A stretch of DNA of 46,491 nucleotides from a virus. Lineage: Duplodnaviria; Caudoviricetes. Each line of letters begins with the position of its first letter. The first letter of the stretch is position 1. Both the position numbers and the translations under genes were made by a program. The notes under the pieces were generated by a model. The model saw only the letters and a list, made by a program, of their open reading frames with translations. It had not been told where the DNA came from and ran no database searches. Shown here in pieces: positions 26,746-36,640 of the stretch. The DNA lies in IMG/VR virus record IMGVR_UViG_3300015370_000023, positions 1-46,491 of that record; one strand, given 5' to 3'.

Positions 26746-28017
26746 ATGTCATATAAATATTTTTTATCTGGATATCCACTAATTACGCAGACTCCAAATG
26801 TATCATGGAAAGGTAATTTTGATTCTTTTTTAGATGCTGATTTTTATAATTCTCCAAATGTTTACACAATTCAAGAAGAAACCGTTTTTTCGTCTGGATC
26901 TTTAGTGGATGTGGATGCGAGAATTACAACCGCAATATCAAATGATACTGGAATGAAATTAAGTGATGATTTTAAACAGTTATTGTTTAAATCTGATCAT
27001 ACTGTTGGACTTGGTTATAAATATTATTTTGATAGTAATTATTGGATTGCTACAAATGTAAATGTAATAAAATCAATTACTGTGACAGCATTGGCACGAA
27101 GATGTAATAATGTTTTACGATGGACTGATCAAAATGGAATTATTTATGAAGAACCATGTATAATTGATTACAAAATTGCTTCTCCTAATAATAATACAAC
27201 CGATCCAATTACTGGCGAAGGTACAATTCATATATTTGCTCAACAAAATACTAAAACCAATAAGATAAAAGAGAATCAGAGATTTCTATTTGGAAATTCA
27301 AATAATTGGATGTGCTATCGTGTTTATGGAGGTGGAGTCAAAAATTATTTAAATAATTCATCAATTGACAATAATACGTCAACGGTTATGGAACTTGTTT
27401 TAGGGAAAAATTCTGTTAATGAAGATACAGATGATTTGGTAAATGGAATTGCAGATGCCAATAAAATTGTCTTTTCATTGGTTACTTCTCCATCTGCTAT
27501 TATTGGTGGAATTGGAGATAGTTTTGAATTGGAAAGTGTGGTTACATTAAATGAATTGATTATTAGTAAAAATGTTCTATATTCTACAAGTTCATCTAGT
27601 GTTGCAACTGTTTCAGGAAGTGGTGTTGTGAATATTTTGTCTACGGGTTCTTGTGTAATTCGATCTTATTTAGAAGATAACTCAAGTGTCTATGATACTA
27701 TATCGGTTGTTTCATCTAGTGCTATCATTGAAAGTGATATTAGAATAACTCCTAGTGATAGATATGTATTAGAAGGAGACACAGAAAATTATTCTGTTAC
27801 CTTATATCAAAATGGTGTTTTGCAAGCAGATACTTTCTCTATTTCTCTGTATGATAATAATGTTCCTGATTCAAAATATACTCTTACTCAAATAGATGGA
27901 AATAATTTCTCTATAAAAAATAATGAAATGTTTTTGGATTATCCACTAATATTGACTCTTACTTCTAGTGGATCTGTTACTAAAAATCTGAGTATAGAAT
28001 TAAAGGGAGCATGGTGA
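26746..28017 (+). CDS. Head-closure/neck protein with Ig-like C-terminal domains (YomX-like)
   Basis: RRCNNVLRW motif; Big_2-like YSTSSSSVATVSGSGVV. Confidence 0.7.
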   Translation: MSYKYFLSGYPLITQTPNVSWKGNFDSFLDADFYNSPNVYTIQEETVFSSGSLVDVDARITTAISNDTGMKLSDDFKQLLFKSDHTVGLGYKYYFDSNYWIATNVNVIKSITVTALARRCNNVLRWTDQNGIIYEEPCIIDYKIASPNNNTTDPITGEGTIHIFAQQNTKTNKIKENQRFLFGNSNNWMCYRVYGGGVKNYLNNSSIDNNTSTVMELVLGKNSVNEDTDDLVNGIADANKIVFSLVTSPSAIIGGIGDSFELESVVTLNELIISKNVLYSTSSSSVATVSGSGVVNILSTGSCVIRSYLEDNSSVYDTISVVSSSAIIESDIRITPSDRYVLEGDTENYSVTLYQNGVLQADTFSISLYDNNVPDSKYTLTQIDGNNFSIKNNEMFLDYPLILTLTSSGSVTKNLSIELKGAW

Positions 28018-28024
28018 TAATAAT

Positions 28025-30160
28025 ATGACAAATCCTTATCCTATTACTCCGAGACAATTAGATTTAGTTAATTTATCTGGAAGTCATTTAACAGAACAGG
28101 GGGTTTATCCAAATATAAAAATGGGTGTTGTTGCTAGTAATAATGTTTCTGGTGTAAGTACTGAAACAGTATTAAAAAGTACGGCTTCTGGAGGAATTAC
28201 TCTAGGTTCTTTAAATGTTCAAGGAAACAGTGTATTAAGAAATGTTTTACCAGAAAGTCCAGATACATATGATTTAGGATCTTCTATCAACTTATGGAGA
28301 AAAGGTTGGTTAAGTGAATTAGATACAATTCTTTTTGCTGAAAATACTGCTGCATTAGTTGGAGGATGGTTAATCATTGGAAAAAATCAAGGTTCGATTC
28401 CTTCTTTTGTAGATTCTACTGATACAACTATAGATTTTGGTAAAACTATGGTTGTAGGAGGATCTTCTGTTTTTAGATCTTCTTTACAAGTTGAATATAT
28501 TGGAACAGGTTCTTTAGCTTCTGGAAGTACAGTTTACAATGTGGTTCGAGATTTAGATGGAAGCGGTGCTAATGATTGGGTTGAAGGTAGTGTTTTTCTT
28601 GAGTTAGGGGAATCCGGAGATGGAAGAATTGAATTGAACGCCTATGATACTCCAAGAATTCAATTAATTCAACAGGGAGAAGCATATAATCAACAAAAGG
28701 AAATTATTAGAATTGGCGATTTAAATGGTAACTGGAATTATTCAGCAGAAGAATGGGGAGTTGCTATTGGATCATATGGAAGTGGAAGTGGCAATGTAAC
28801 AATTGATTCAGTTAATGGAGTAAGAATAAATATTTATGATACACCAGTTATGGAATTTAAAAGTACGGGTGCGTTTATTAGTAATATACTCAATATGAGT
28901 GGGTCGAATGCGGCTATAGCTATAGGAGATCCTGTTCCTGTTTCAAGTGGTTCTGGTACTGGATTGTGGTTAGATAACACAGGATTATATGCGTTAAATA
29001 CCGATGTGCAAAAAGCAGTATTAGATGATGTAGGATTACAATTTGGCAATGTATCTGGATCATTTTTATCTTGGCTTGATGATGAGGGTGTAAATTTATC
29101 TGCCACTGATTATACCGGAGGAAGTCAACCAGATGATGCTCCAGGAAGTCAACTTCTTTGGAATAATCCATTGTCCACATATTCAACCAACCTTCCATAT
29201 TCAGCCACTATGCAACAGTTTGTGTACGATTCAGGAAGTGGGAATATGAGTAGCCATTTACAGGCAAGAGTAAGTGGATATGGGGCAGGAAATCCTCAGT
29301 TTTCTGTTGTTACTTCTAATTATACCGGATTAACAGGTGGATATATTGGAACATTTATTGTAAACAACACAAACGGTTCACATTATATATCTTATAGTGG
29401 GGTACTTGCGTCATATTTTTCCGGTATGTTTATAAATAATGATTTTACTATGGATTTGTATGGAAATAGAGTTAATATACATGCTTTATCTCCTTGGCAT
29501 AAATTAAATGAGGGATCAAATTATGTATCAATAACATATGTTAGTGCCACTTCAATACTTATTACACAAGGAGATTATACAGACCTGTTTACTATTGGAA
29601 CAAAAATTAAATTAGATCAAACTACCACCAAATTTTTCTATGTTTTGTCTAGTAGTTATGATGCTGGAAATTATAGAACAACGGTAAATGTTACAGGAGT
29701 AGGAACATATACGGTAGCAAATGCAGCAATAAGTAATTTTTATTATAGTCATTCTGCTGAAGCTGATATGCCATTTGGTTCATCTACCTTCATCCCCCTT
29801 ACCACTCCCCTTACCTCTACATCATGGGACGGTGATGCAAGAAGCACAACCGCTAAGACACTGATTGATTTGTCAGCGGTGTTTGGCGCACCTGCTGGAA
29901 TAAAGGCAGTTCTTGTTCGTATTCAGGCATGGGACAGTGCTTCGGCTGCTGCTACAGTCAACTGGTTTGGACTGAGTCCAAATGGAACTGCCAATAGTTT
30001 AACAATTGTTAATAGATTACAGGGATTTCCAAATGATACAAGAACAGATATGACTGGAATATGTCCTTGTGATTCAAACGGAGATATATACTTCCAGTGT
30101 GCTGCAACGGGAGCATCTACCTTGGATGTAGTTATAGAAATTTATGGCTATTGGATATAA
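28025..30160 (+). CDS. Tail or neck fibre-like protein
   Basis: 711 aa, G/S/T-rich; LPESPDTYDLGSSINLW fibre motif; modular C-terminus. Confidence 0.7.
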   Translation: MTNPYPITPRQLDLVNLSGSHLTEQGVYPNIKMGVVASNNVSGVSTETVLKSTASGGITLGSLNVQGNSVLRNVLPESPDTYDLGSSINLWRKGWLSELDTILFAENTAALVGGWLIIGKNQGSIPSFVDSTDTTIDFGKTMVVGGSSVFRSSLQVEYIGTGSLASGSTVYNVVRDLDGSGANDWVEGSVFLELGESGDGRIELNAYDTPRIQLIQQGEAYNQQKEIIRIGDLNGNWNYSAEEWGVAIGSYGSGSGNVTIDSVNGVRINIYDTPVMEFKSTGAFISNILNMSGSNAAIAIGDPVPVSSGSGTGLWLDNTGLYALNTDVQKAVLDDVGLQFGNVSGSFLSWLDDEGVNLSATDYTGGSQPDDAPGSQLLWNNPLSTYSTNLPYSATMQQFVYDSGSGNMSSHLQARVSGYGAGNPQFSVVTSNYTGLTGGYIGTFIVNNTNGSHYISYSGVLASYFSGMFINNDFTMDLYGNRVNIHALSPWHKLNEGSNYVSITYVSATSILITQGDYTDLFTIGTKIKLDQTTTKFFYVLSSSYDAGNYRTTVNVTGVGTYTVANAAISNFYYSHSAEADMPFGSSTFIPLTTPLTSTSWDGDARSTTAKTLIDLSAVFGAPAGIKAVLVRIQAWDSASAAATVNWFGLSPNGTANSLTIVNRLQGFPNDTRTDMTGICPCDSNGDIYFQCAATGASTLDVVIEIYGYWI

Positions 30161-30168
30161 GGAGAAAT

Positions 30169-30717
30169 ATGACAGAATCTTATAATACTTATTCTTCTAT
30201 TCCATTAATTTCCTATAATATAATTTCCTATTTAATTGATAATAACGAAACTATATTTAAATTACTTTATTATAATGATTCAAATGCGTGGAGATCAGAT
30301 TCTAATCATTCAAACTTATCAAAGGTTCAAAAAGGATCTTTAATATTTGATGGAATAAAATCACAGACAGATTGTAGGATTTTTATGGATACAGGAAACG
30401 ATGATTCTTGGCAAATTGAATCAACTCAATTAAGAGTTTCGGTGGTTAAAGGAATTCCTACTAATCATGTTTTTGGCTATATAACGGTTGGATTTGAAGT
30501 TTATTCTCATTATAAAGTAAACACGTTGTCTAATTATACAACAAGAGATATGGTTATTTTACAACAATTAATAGAAACATTAAATGGTAAAGAAATTGAT
30601 GGTATTGGAACATTGTTTTTTGATTATCGACAAGGTGGAGAATCTAAATTTATTAATATTGGCATTCCTCCATATAAGGGTAAAGGATTAACAATGTGCA
30701 ATTATGTCTTGAAGTAA
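30169..30717 (+). CDS. Putative tail terminator/completion protein (YomW-like)
   Basis: ATG at 30169 after AAGGAG; IFKLLYY and LNGKEIDGIGTLFF motifs; position. Confidence 0.6.
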   Translation: MTESYNTYSSIPLISYNIISYLIDNNETIFKLLYYNDSNAWRSDSNHSNLSKVQKGSLIFDGIKSQTDCRIFMDTGNDDSWQIESTQLRVSVVKGIPTNHVFGYITVGFEVYSHYKVNTLSNYTTRDMVILQQLIETLNGKEIDGIGTLFFDYRQGGESKFINIGIPPYKGKGLTMCNYVLK

Positions 30718-30732
30718 AATCAGGATTTTATT

Positions 30733-31003
30733 GTAACCTACCACGGGATAAATCCCGTAGCTTTTGAAAAAAAGATACAAGGTTAACCAGATCATTAACA
30801 GGAGGTAAAAATTGTTAATAAACGATAGGAAAGAAAATAGGAACAAAAGTGTATCGCACCAGCACTTTTCTCTTCGGATACAGATTAAAAGTCCTGTGAT
30901 GGTAGGGACAGTGTTTGTATCGTTAAACCTTTCCATATCTGATCGAGGTGAAGTCGGATTCTAATGCAACTTCGATGCATTGGATACGCATAACCCTATT
31001 TAT
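30733..31003 (+). ncRNA. omegaRNA scaffold (guide is the flank immediately 5', about 30713-30732)
   Basis: About 280 nt of structured non-coding sequence upstream of iscB; 5' GTAACCT pairs with AGGTTAAC; CCAG and TCGAGG elements as in IscB-associated RNAs. Confidence 0.78.
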
Positions 31004-31018
31004 AGGAGGATTTAACTG

Positions 31019-32269
31019 ATGGAAGTTTATGTATTAAATAAAGAAGGAAAACCTTTAATGCCTTGTAAACCAGTAATTGCAAGGTTGCTATTGAAAAAAA
31101 ATAAAGCAAAATGCATTAAAAGAATTCCATTTACTATTAAACTTCTTGTAAATACCAGTGATTACAAGCAAGAAGTGATAGCTGGTATGGACACGGGAAG
31201 TAAGGTGATTGGTTGTGCTGCTATTTCTAACAACAAAGTAATTTATCAATCGGAAGTTCAAATTAGACAAGATATATCAAAAAAGATGAAACAAAGAAGA
31301 ATGTATCGTAGAAACAGACGAGGTAGGAAAACACGATATAGAAAAGCACGTTGGCAAAATAGGGCTTCCATGAGAAAAAAAGGAAGGCTTGCTCCAAGTA
31401 TTAGGTCTAAAATTGATTCGCATTTAAGGGAACGAAAATTTGTTGAATCAATATTACCCGTATCTTATTGGAAAGTAGAAACAGCGAGTTTTGATATTCA
31501 TAAAATCTCTAACCCAAGTATTAAAATAGAGGATTATCAAAATGGAAATCAAAAAGATTTTTATAATGTAAAGGCTTATGTTTTATACCGAGATAATTAT
31601 TTGTGTCAGAAGTGTAAGACCAAAAAAGGTAAACTATATGTTCATCATATTATATTTAGAAATAACGGAGGAACAGACATTCCAGACAATTTAGTTGTTC
31701 TTTGTTCAGATTGTCACAAAAAACTTCACAATAAAGAGTTTGAAATCAAAGGGGTAATAAATAAAACCAAACATGCTACTGAAATTGGGATTGTTGCATC
31801 TCAATTGAAAAAGCAGTTTGGCAACTTTAAAGAATGTTTTGGTTATGAAACTAAATTCAAAAGAGAGCAAATATTAAAACTCCCTAAAACGCATTATTAT
31901 GATGCAGTAGCGATATGTTGCGAAAAAAACGAAACTGTTAATTTGATTCCGACTGTTTATTTTAAAAAGCATGTTTCTAAAGGAGATTACCGACAAACAA
32001 ACGGAAAATTCTCAGAAAAAAGAATACCAACGGGTAAATTATTTGGATTGAGAAAGTTTGATTATATCCATACGGAAAAGGGTACAGGATGGATTAAAGG
32101 TAAAAGAAGTACGGGAATATTTGTCATATCTGACTTAGAAGGTAAAATAATCAATTCATCAGTGAATGTAAAGAAAGGTTTTGTAAGATTGAAAGCAAGA
32201 ACAACAACCTTAATAGAAGGGAGGGACACGTTCCTCCACGGGATAAGTCCTGTGGTTCCTCGTGCTTAA
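31019..32269 (+). CDS. iscB: RNA-guided endonuclease IscB
   Basis: PLMP motif, RuvC-I GMDTGSK, Arg-rich bridge helix, RuvC-II VETASFD, HNH VHHIIFRNNGGTDIPDNLVVLCSDCH, RuvC-III THYYDA; AGGAGG RBS. Confidence 0.96.
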   Translation: MEVYVLNKEGKPLMPCKPVIARLLLKKNKAKCIKRIPFTIKLLVNTSDYKQEVIAGMDTGSKVIGCAAISNNKVIYQSEVQIRQDISKKMKQRRMYRRNRRGRKTRYRKARWQNRASMRKKGRLAPSIRSKIDSHLRERKFVESILPVSYWKVETASFDIHKISNPSIKIEDYQNGNQKDFYNVKAYVLYRDNYLCQKCKTKKGKLYVHHIIFRNNGGTDIPDNLVVLCSDCHKKLHNKEFEIKGVINKTKHATEIGIVASQLKKQFGNFKECFGYETKFKREQILKLPKTHYYDAVAICCEKNETVNLIPTVYFKKHVSKGDYRQTNGKFSEKRIPTGKLFGLRKFDYIHTEKGTGWIKGKRSTGIFVISDLEGKIINSSVNVKKGFVRLKARTTTLIEGRDTFLHGISPVVPRA

Positions 32270-32274
32270 ATCTT

Positions 32275-33084
32275 ATGGAACACGTATATAATGAGGAAAA
32301 CGATGTTTGGGGGTTTCCTCAAACATACAAAGGAATTGAATTTCATCCAATAAAATTGAGTGATTTTTTAACAGAAAAACTTTTTTATAGAATTTTTGGT
32401 TATCCAAAAGAGTATATAAAAGAAAAAGAAATAATTAAATTAAGTTATTTAAAATATATCTTATATTATGTTCCATTAGCAACAAAAGAAGATTCTTCTA
32501 TTGTCCAAAAAAATTTAGAAAATTTTTTTAAAAAAATTTGTAAAACCGATAAAGTTTCTTTAGAGGTACAAAAATTAGATTTTATTAAAAATGAAATTGA
32601 TTCTATACTTTTGAGTATAAAAATAAATGGTGTTTCATTTAATGAAGAAGATTTTGATATTTTAAGAGAGATGATATTGAAACAAAATGGAAGTTCTGTA
32701 AGATATATAGAAGATTTTGATCCAACATTGGAAGAAAAATTAAATTGGTTTAATAGGAAAACAGAGGGTGTAACATTTGAAGATCAGTTGGTTACATATT
32801 GTGCATTATCTAAAATTCCTATTTGTGATGATTCGATTAAGAATATGACTATTTATCAATTTAAAAAAAGTTTTCAAAGATTGGCACTACTTCTCGATTA
32901 CGAGAATTTATTCCCATTAGAGATTTCGGGACAAATAAAGTCAAAGACAGGGAAAGAAATTGTCAAACATTATATGTCTCATATTGGACAAGAGGGAAGG
33001 TATGATTCAATCTTAATAAGTAAAGATGACTTTATGAATAATCATCAACTTATGAAAGAAAATAATTTAAAAAATGAAAAATAA
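32275..33084 (+). CDS. Tail-module protein (YomV-like)
   Basis: 269 aa upstream of the tail tube gene; FDILREMILKQN and IKNMTIYQF motifs. Confidence 0.7.
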   Translation: MEHVYNEENDVWGFPQTYKGIEFHPIKLSDFLTEKLFYRIFGYPKEYIKEKEIIKLSYLKYILYYVPLATKEDSSIVQKNLENFFKKICKTDKVSLEVQKLDFIKNEIDSILLSIKINGVSFNEEDFDILREMILKQNGSSVRYIEDFDPTLEEKLNWFNRKTEGVTFEDQLVTYCALSKIPICDDSIKNMTIYQFKKSFQRLALLLDYENLFPLEISGQIKSKTGKEIVKHYMSHIGQEGRYDSILISKDDFMNNHQLMKENNLKNEK

Positions 33085-33098
33085 AAGGAGATAATAAT

Positions 33099-34124
33099 AT
33101 GGCAAATAATTTCTTAGTTAGTGTTGCAGATGCAATATTGAGAAACCCAACTACTCTTGAAACCTTAGCTATAGGTAAAGCAAACATTAATTCCGCTTTC
33201 AATATTACTATGCAGAATACAGATGTTCGTGGTGGAATTGGAAATCCGTTACTTTATAGTTTTTATCATGATCGTATGGTTGAAGTTTCAATTGAGTCTG
33301 CTATTTTTGCAAAGTCTATTTTGGCTTTAAATGCGGGGGCAAGTGTAACAAATGGTGCGTTGACTTGTGTTAAACAAGAGGATCTTGTTTTAGTTGCTGA
33401 TGATGGTACTTTAAGTGAAACTCCGCTTGGGAATGTTAGTGTAATTCTTCCAAATGGAACAATTCAAACTGTAACTCCTGTTGGAACAACCATCACCGTT
33501 TCGGCTGGTGGAACTCAGAAAGTTACTGTAATTTATACTTATACCGATACTGTTGATTATGTTGTTGGTTCTACAACTGAGCCTCCAACCATTGTAGATT
33601 TAATTTTGATTGCTGAAGTAAAAGATAATACGGGTATTGTTGAAAGACTTCAGATTCATGTTCCTCGATTCCAAATTTCCGGTAATTATAGTTTGGCTAT
33701 GACAGCTAATGGTGTTTCTACTGAAACTCTTGATGGTAAAGCATTAGAAGTTACTTCTATTACAACTGATCCAAATTACTATTATCGTGTAGCATGGATT
33801 CCTGTTTCTACTTCTGCTATTGCTGTTTCTAGCATTGCTATTACTCCTACGGTTTTAACCTTTGATACAGCGGATTTACCAAAATCTAAACAGGCTAATC
33901 TTTTAGGTATTCGTGGTGGGACTTACGCAAACGCCAATATTACTACATCTGCATCTTGGATTAGAACAAGTGGATGTATTACATTTAATATTGGTGCTGC
34001 AACTGGTATAGTTTCTGCTTGTGCTACTGTTGGAGTTGGAGATGCTGCTTTATTTACGGCAACCTATTATGACCCCACAAGTGGATCATTGACGGATACA
34101 TTTAGTGCTGTTGGCACAGCATAG
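33099..34124 (+). CDS. Major tail tube protein (YomU-like) with C-terminal Ig-like extension
   Basis: DVRGGIGNPL and LQIHVPRFQISG motifs; strong RBS; followed by a hairpin. Confidence 0.8.
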   Translation: MANNFLVSVADAILRNPTTLETLAIGKANINSAFNITMQNTDVRGGIGNPLLYSFYHDRMVEVSIESAIFAKSILALNAGASVTNGALTCVKQEDLVLVADDGTLSETPLGNVSVILPNGTIQTVTPVGTTITVSAGGTQKVTVIYTYTDTVDYVVGSTTEPPTIVDLILIAEVKDNTGIVERLQIHVPRFQISGNYSLAMTANGVSTETLDGKALEVTSITTDPNYYYRVAWIPVSTSAIAVSSIAITPTVLTFDTADLPKSKQANLLGIRGGTYANANITTSASWIRTSGCITFNIGAATGIVSACATVGVGDAALFTATYYDPTSGSLTDTFSAVGTA

Positions 34125-34138
34125 TTGAAATAATTCAT

Positions 34139-34174
34139 ATATTCTGAGAGAGAAATAAATCTCTCTCAGAATAT
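34139..34174 (+). terminator. Perfect 15-bp hairpin after the tail tube gene
   Basis: ATATTCTGAGAGAGA-AATAAA-TCTCTCTCAGAATAT. Confidence 0.6.
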
Positions 34175-34343
34175 TAAGTGAAATTTTTACTAGCAGTTTT
34201 CATTAGCGCAAATTTCGAGTAAAAAAGAAAGAAAAGGAAGATAAAAATGGGAATTAAATTGATACTCGTTATTGAGGCTTTAGAATGTTTTATATTGAAG
34301 GCGTTTTCATTTCCGATTGGAAGAATAGAAATTTGAGGGTAAA

Positions 34344-34619
34344 ATGAATTACTTAGAATCAACAGCTTTTTTAAATTTTATTTTAGCATTGTTGGGGATG
34401 TCATTTTATCTTAGGAATGCTATTCGCTGCAAATCGGCATGGAGAACATTGAAATTTGCGTTTGCTCTAAATATAGGAATTGTAGCGATATTATATGGGC
34501 TGATTATTATGAATGTTATATTTGACCCTTTAATAGTGCGACTAAATACAACATTGTTACTAATATTATTGCTTATTAGTGCAGTATTAGGGAGGTCGAA
34601 ATATGGAACTAGATCTTGA
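34344..34619 (+). CDS. Small membrane protein (three hydrophobic segments)
   Basis: 91 aa, hydrophobic helices. Confidence 0.65.
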   Translation: MNYLESTAFLNFILALLGMSFYLRNAIRCKSAWRTLKFAFALNIGIVAILYGLIIMNVIFDPLIVRLNTTLLLILLLISAVLGRSKYGTRS

Positions 34620-35145
34620 GCGAATAATAAATCTCATTGTTGTCTTAGGGGGTTCAGCTACAGCTATTTTAACTGCCATTGTTACCGCTCGAAAAACCTT
34701 GCGTGATACAGATGCCAAAATTGATAAAGAAAAAAAAGCACAAAAACTAGCAGAGAAAGAGTTCGATTTGAAAGAAGATAAAGAACAGGCAGAACTCACT
34801 GATAGATTACAAGCCTTGTATTTACGAATGACTGAGGATTTCGAAAAGAAATTTATCTGTATGCAAAAAGAAATGGATGAGATAAAACAAAACGCTAAAG
34901 ATGAACGGGAAGAGATGAAGGCAGAATACAATATTCTTGTTCTGGAATTAGAGTCGAGTCGAAGACGTGAGCGAGCTAAAACAGAAGCGGGAATTCTTTT
35001 AATTAAAGCCATAGAATCATTTTTAGCAATGAGGTCTAAATATGACAACGATCCGCAATCACGAGAAGATTATGAAGTTACTGATGTCAAATTGTTAGCT
35101 ACACTAAAAGAGGTTAAGGACTTATTTCAGAGTGAACGTCAATAA
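34603..35145 (+). CDS. Membrane-anchored coiled-coil protein
   Basis: GGAGG RBS; N-terminal hydrophobic helix then a charged coiled coil. Confidence 0.7.
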   Translation: MELDLERIINLIVVLGGSATAILTAIVTARKTLRDTDAKIDKEKKAQKLAEKEFDLKEDKEQAELTDRLQALYLRMTEDFEKKFICMQKEMDEIKQNAKDEREEMKAEYNILVLELESSRRRERAKTEAGILLIKAIESFLAMRSKYDNDPQSREDYEVTDVKLLATLKEVKDLFQSERQ

Positions 35146-35255
35146 ATAACATAATATAACTATGTGTAAAACATGTAAATTTCAGTTTTAGGGCTATAAG
35201 CCCTGTAGATAACTCTACTTGCTTTTTTAAATAATATAAAATAAGGATTTATAAA

Positions 35256-35879
35256 ATGAATAAGGTAAAAATAAATTTTCCCGAATCAGAAACAAAAGAA
35301 TTTTCTTTTTTTAAACAAACAATAATCGTTGAAACTTTTATTGATTATGAGAAAGAAATAAAATATATTAAAGAATACATAGAAAATTTAAATAAATATT
35401 CTCATTTTGCTGATGGATTTATTGTAGCAGAAAAAGTTTTAATGTCTCATATTGTTGAAGATTTAACAAACATAGAAATAGGAGAGGATTTTGATTCTAA
35501 TCTTATTGAAAAATATATTTGGAAAGATATAAAAGATAGAATAGATAATTATTATGTTTTTAGAAATCACTTAGAAGATGTTCTTTCTTTTATTCAAAAA
35601 GATCAATTATCGTTATCTACCATTGAAGAAATTCTAAATGAAGCAATGAATGGCTTTACTGAATTATCAAAAAACATAAATGATAGTGTTGATATTATTA
35701 GAAATTCTTTTGTAAAATTAATTGATAATTTTAAAGATTTGGATGTTGAAGATTTAAAGAATGTAATAAAAGGTTTTAATAATTCTTTGGAAGATTTAAA
35801 TGATAAAGTTCCTGGATTATTAACTGAGGATCAAAAAGAACAAAAAAGAAAACCAGGCAGACCTAAAAAAATAGAGTAG
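35256..35879 (+). CDS. Hypothetical protein, possible tail assembly chaperone
   Basis: 207 aa; C-terminal KPGRPKK; between tail tube and tape measure genes. Confidence 0.65.
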   Translation: MNKVKINFPESETKEFSFFKQTIIVETFIDYEKEIKYIKEYIENLNKYSHFADGFIVAEKVLMSHIVEDLTNIEIGEDFDSNLIEKYIWKDIKDRIDNYYVFRNHLEDVLSFIQKDQLSLSTIEEILNEAMNGFTELSKNINDSVDIIRNSFVKLIDNFKDLDVEDLKNVIKGFNNSLEDLNDKVPGLLTEDQKEQKRKPGRPKKIE

Positions 35880-35882
35880 AAT

Positions 35883-36092
35883 ATGATTAAACACGGTAAA
35901 AACAAAACGTTGAAACGATTGGGGAAACCTTGTTCAGACTGTGAATCAAAAGAAACATATTTAATTTTAATAAATGAACATATAGATGGAATTATATATC
36001 CAAAAAAATATATTCATTGTCGATCCTGTGATTTTTCAGAAATATTCAGAGATAAAAAACATAAGGACAAATATCAAGAAGATTTTCAATAA
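35883..36092 (+). CDS. Small zinc-ribbon protein
   Basis: CSDC...CRSC. Confidence 0.65.
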   Translation: MIKHGKNKTLKRLGKPCSDCESKETYLILINEHIDGIIYPKKYIHCRSCDFSEIFRDKKHKDKYQEDFQ

Positions 36093-36117
36093 TTTAATAT
36101 GGTGAGGAGGGTGACGT

Positions 36118-36627
36118 ATGAAAATTAAAAATGAAACCCAATTAAAACTCATAATGTTAAATCAAATGAAGTCCGTAATGGATATGATTGTTGATGATAT
36201 ATTAGAGTTATTGAAAAAAAATATTGATAAAAAAGTATATAATGCTTTTTCTCCAGTTAAATATGAAAGACTGGGTAATAATGGTGGTCTTAGAGATTTA
36301 TGGCAGGAGGAAAAGTCAAAAACCGTAGGGGGAAGAGTTATTGGTGAAGTAAAAGAAAGTCCAGAAAGATTAATATTAAATCAAGATAACTTTCAACATG
36401 GTAGTAAATTTAAAAGACAAGAAGGTTGGTATGAAAGTGATATTAGAGAAGCATTGGCAGAAATTGTAATTGAAGGAAAAAGCGGTGATCTTTTTGGTGA
36501 TGGAAAATGGAGAAAGCCTAGGGACTTTTGGCATCCATTAATTGATAAATTGGATGCAGGTCAAATTAATCAAATAATTGAAAAGGCTTTTAAAAAACAC
36601 AAAATAAAATTTATTAGAATATATTAG
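36118..36627 (+). CDS. Putative tail completion protein
   Basis: VYNAFSPVKYERLG...KPRDFW resembles neck/tail-completion proteins; GAGGAGG RBS. Confidence 0.6.
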   Translation: MKIKNETQLKLIMLNQMKSVMDMIVDDILELLKKNIDKKVYNAFSPVKYERLGNNGGLRDLWQEEKSKTVGGRVIGEVKESPERLILNQDNFQHGSKFKRQEGWYESDIREALAEIVIEGKSGDLFGDGKWRKPRDFWHPLIDKLDAGQINQIIEKAFKKHKIKFIRIY

Positions 36628-36640
36628 GAGTAATATAAAA

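Larger units (their letters stand above)
30733..32274 (+). mobile_element. Non-autonomous IS200/IS605-family IscB (OMEGA) element
   Basis: Related subterminal hairpins CCACGGGATAAATCCCGTAG (30741-30760) and CCACGGGATAAGTCCTGTGG (32236-32255); iscB plus an upstream non-coding region; no tnpA in the window; boundaries inferred from the reconstructed empty site. Confidence 0.85.

Noticed and set aside
30688-30936. Minus-strand 82-aa ORF as a tnpA remnant
   Set aside because: No HUH or catalytic Tyr motif; overlaps the omegaRNA.
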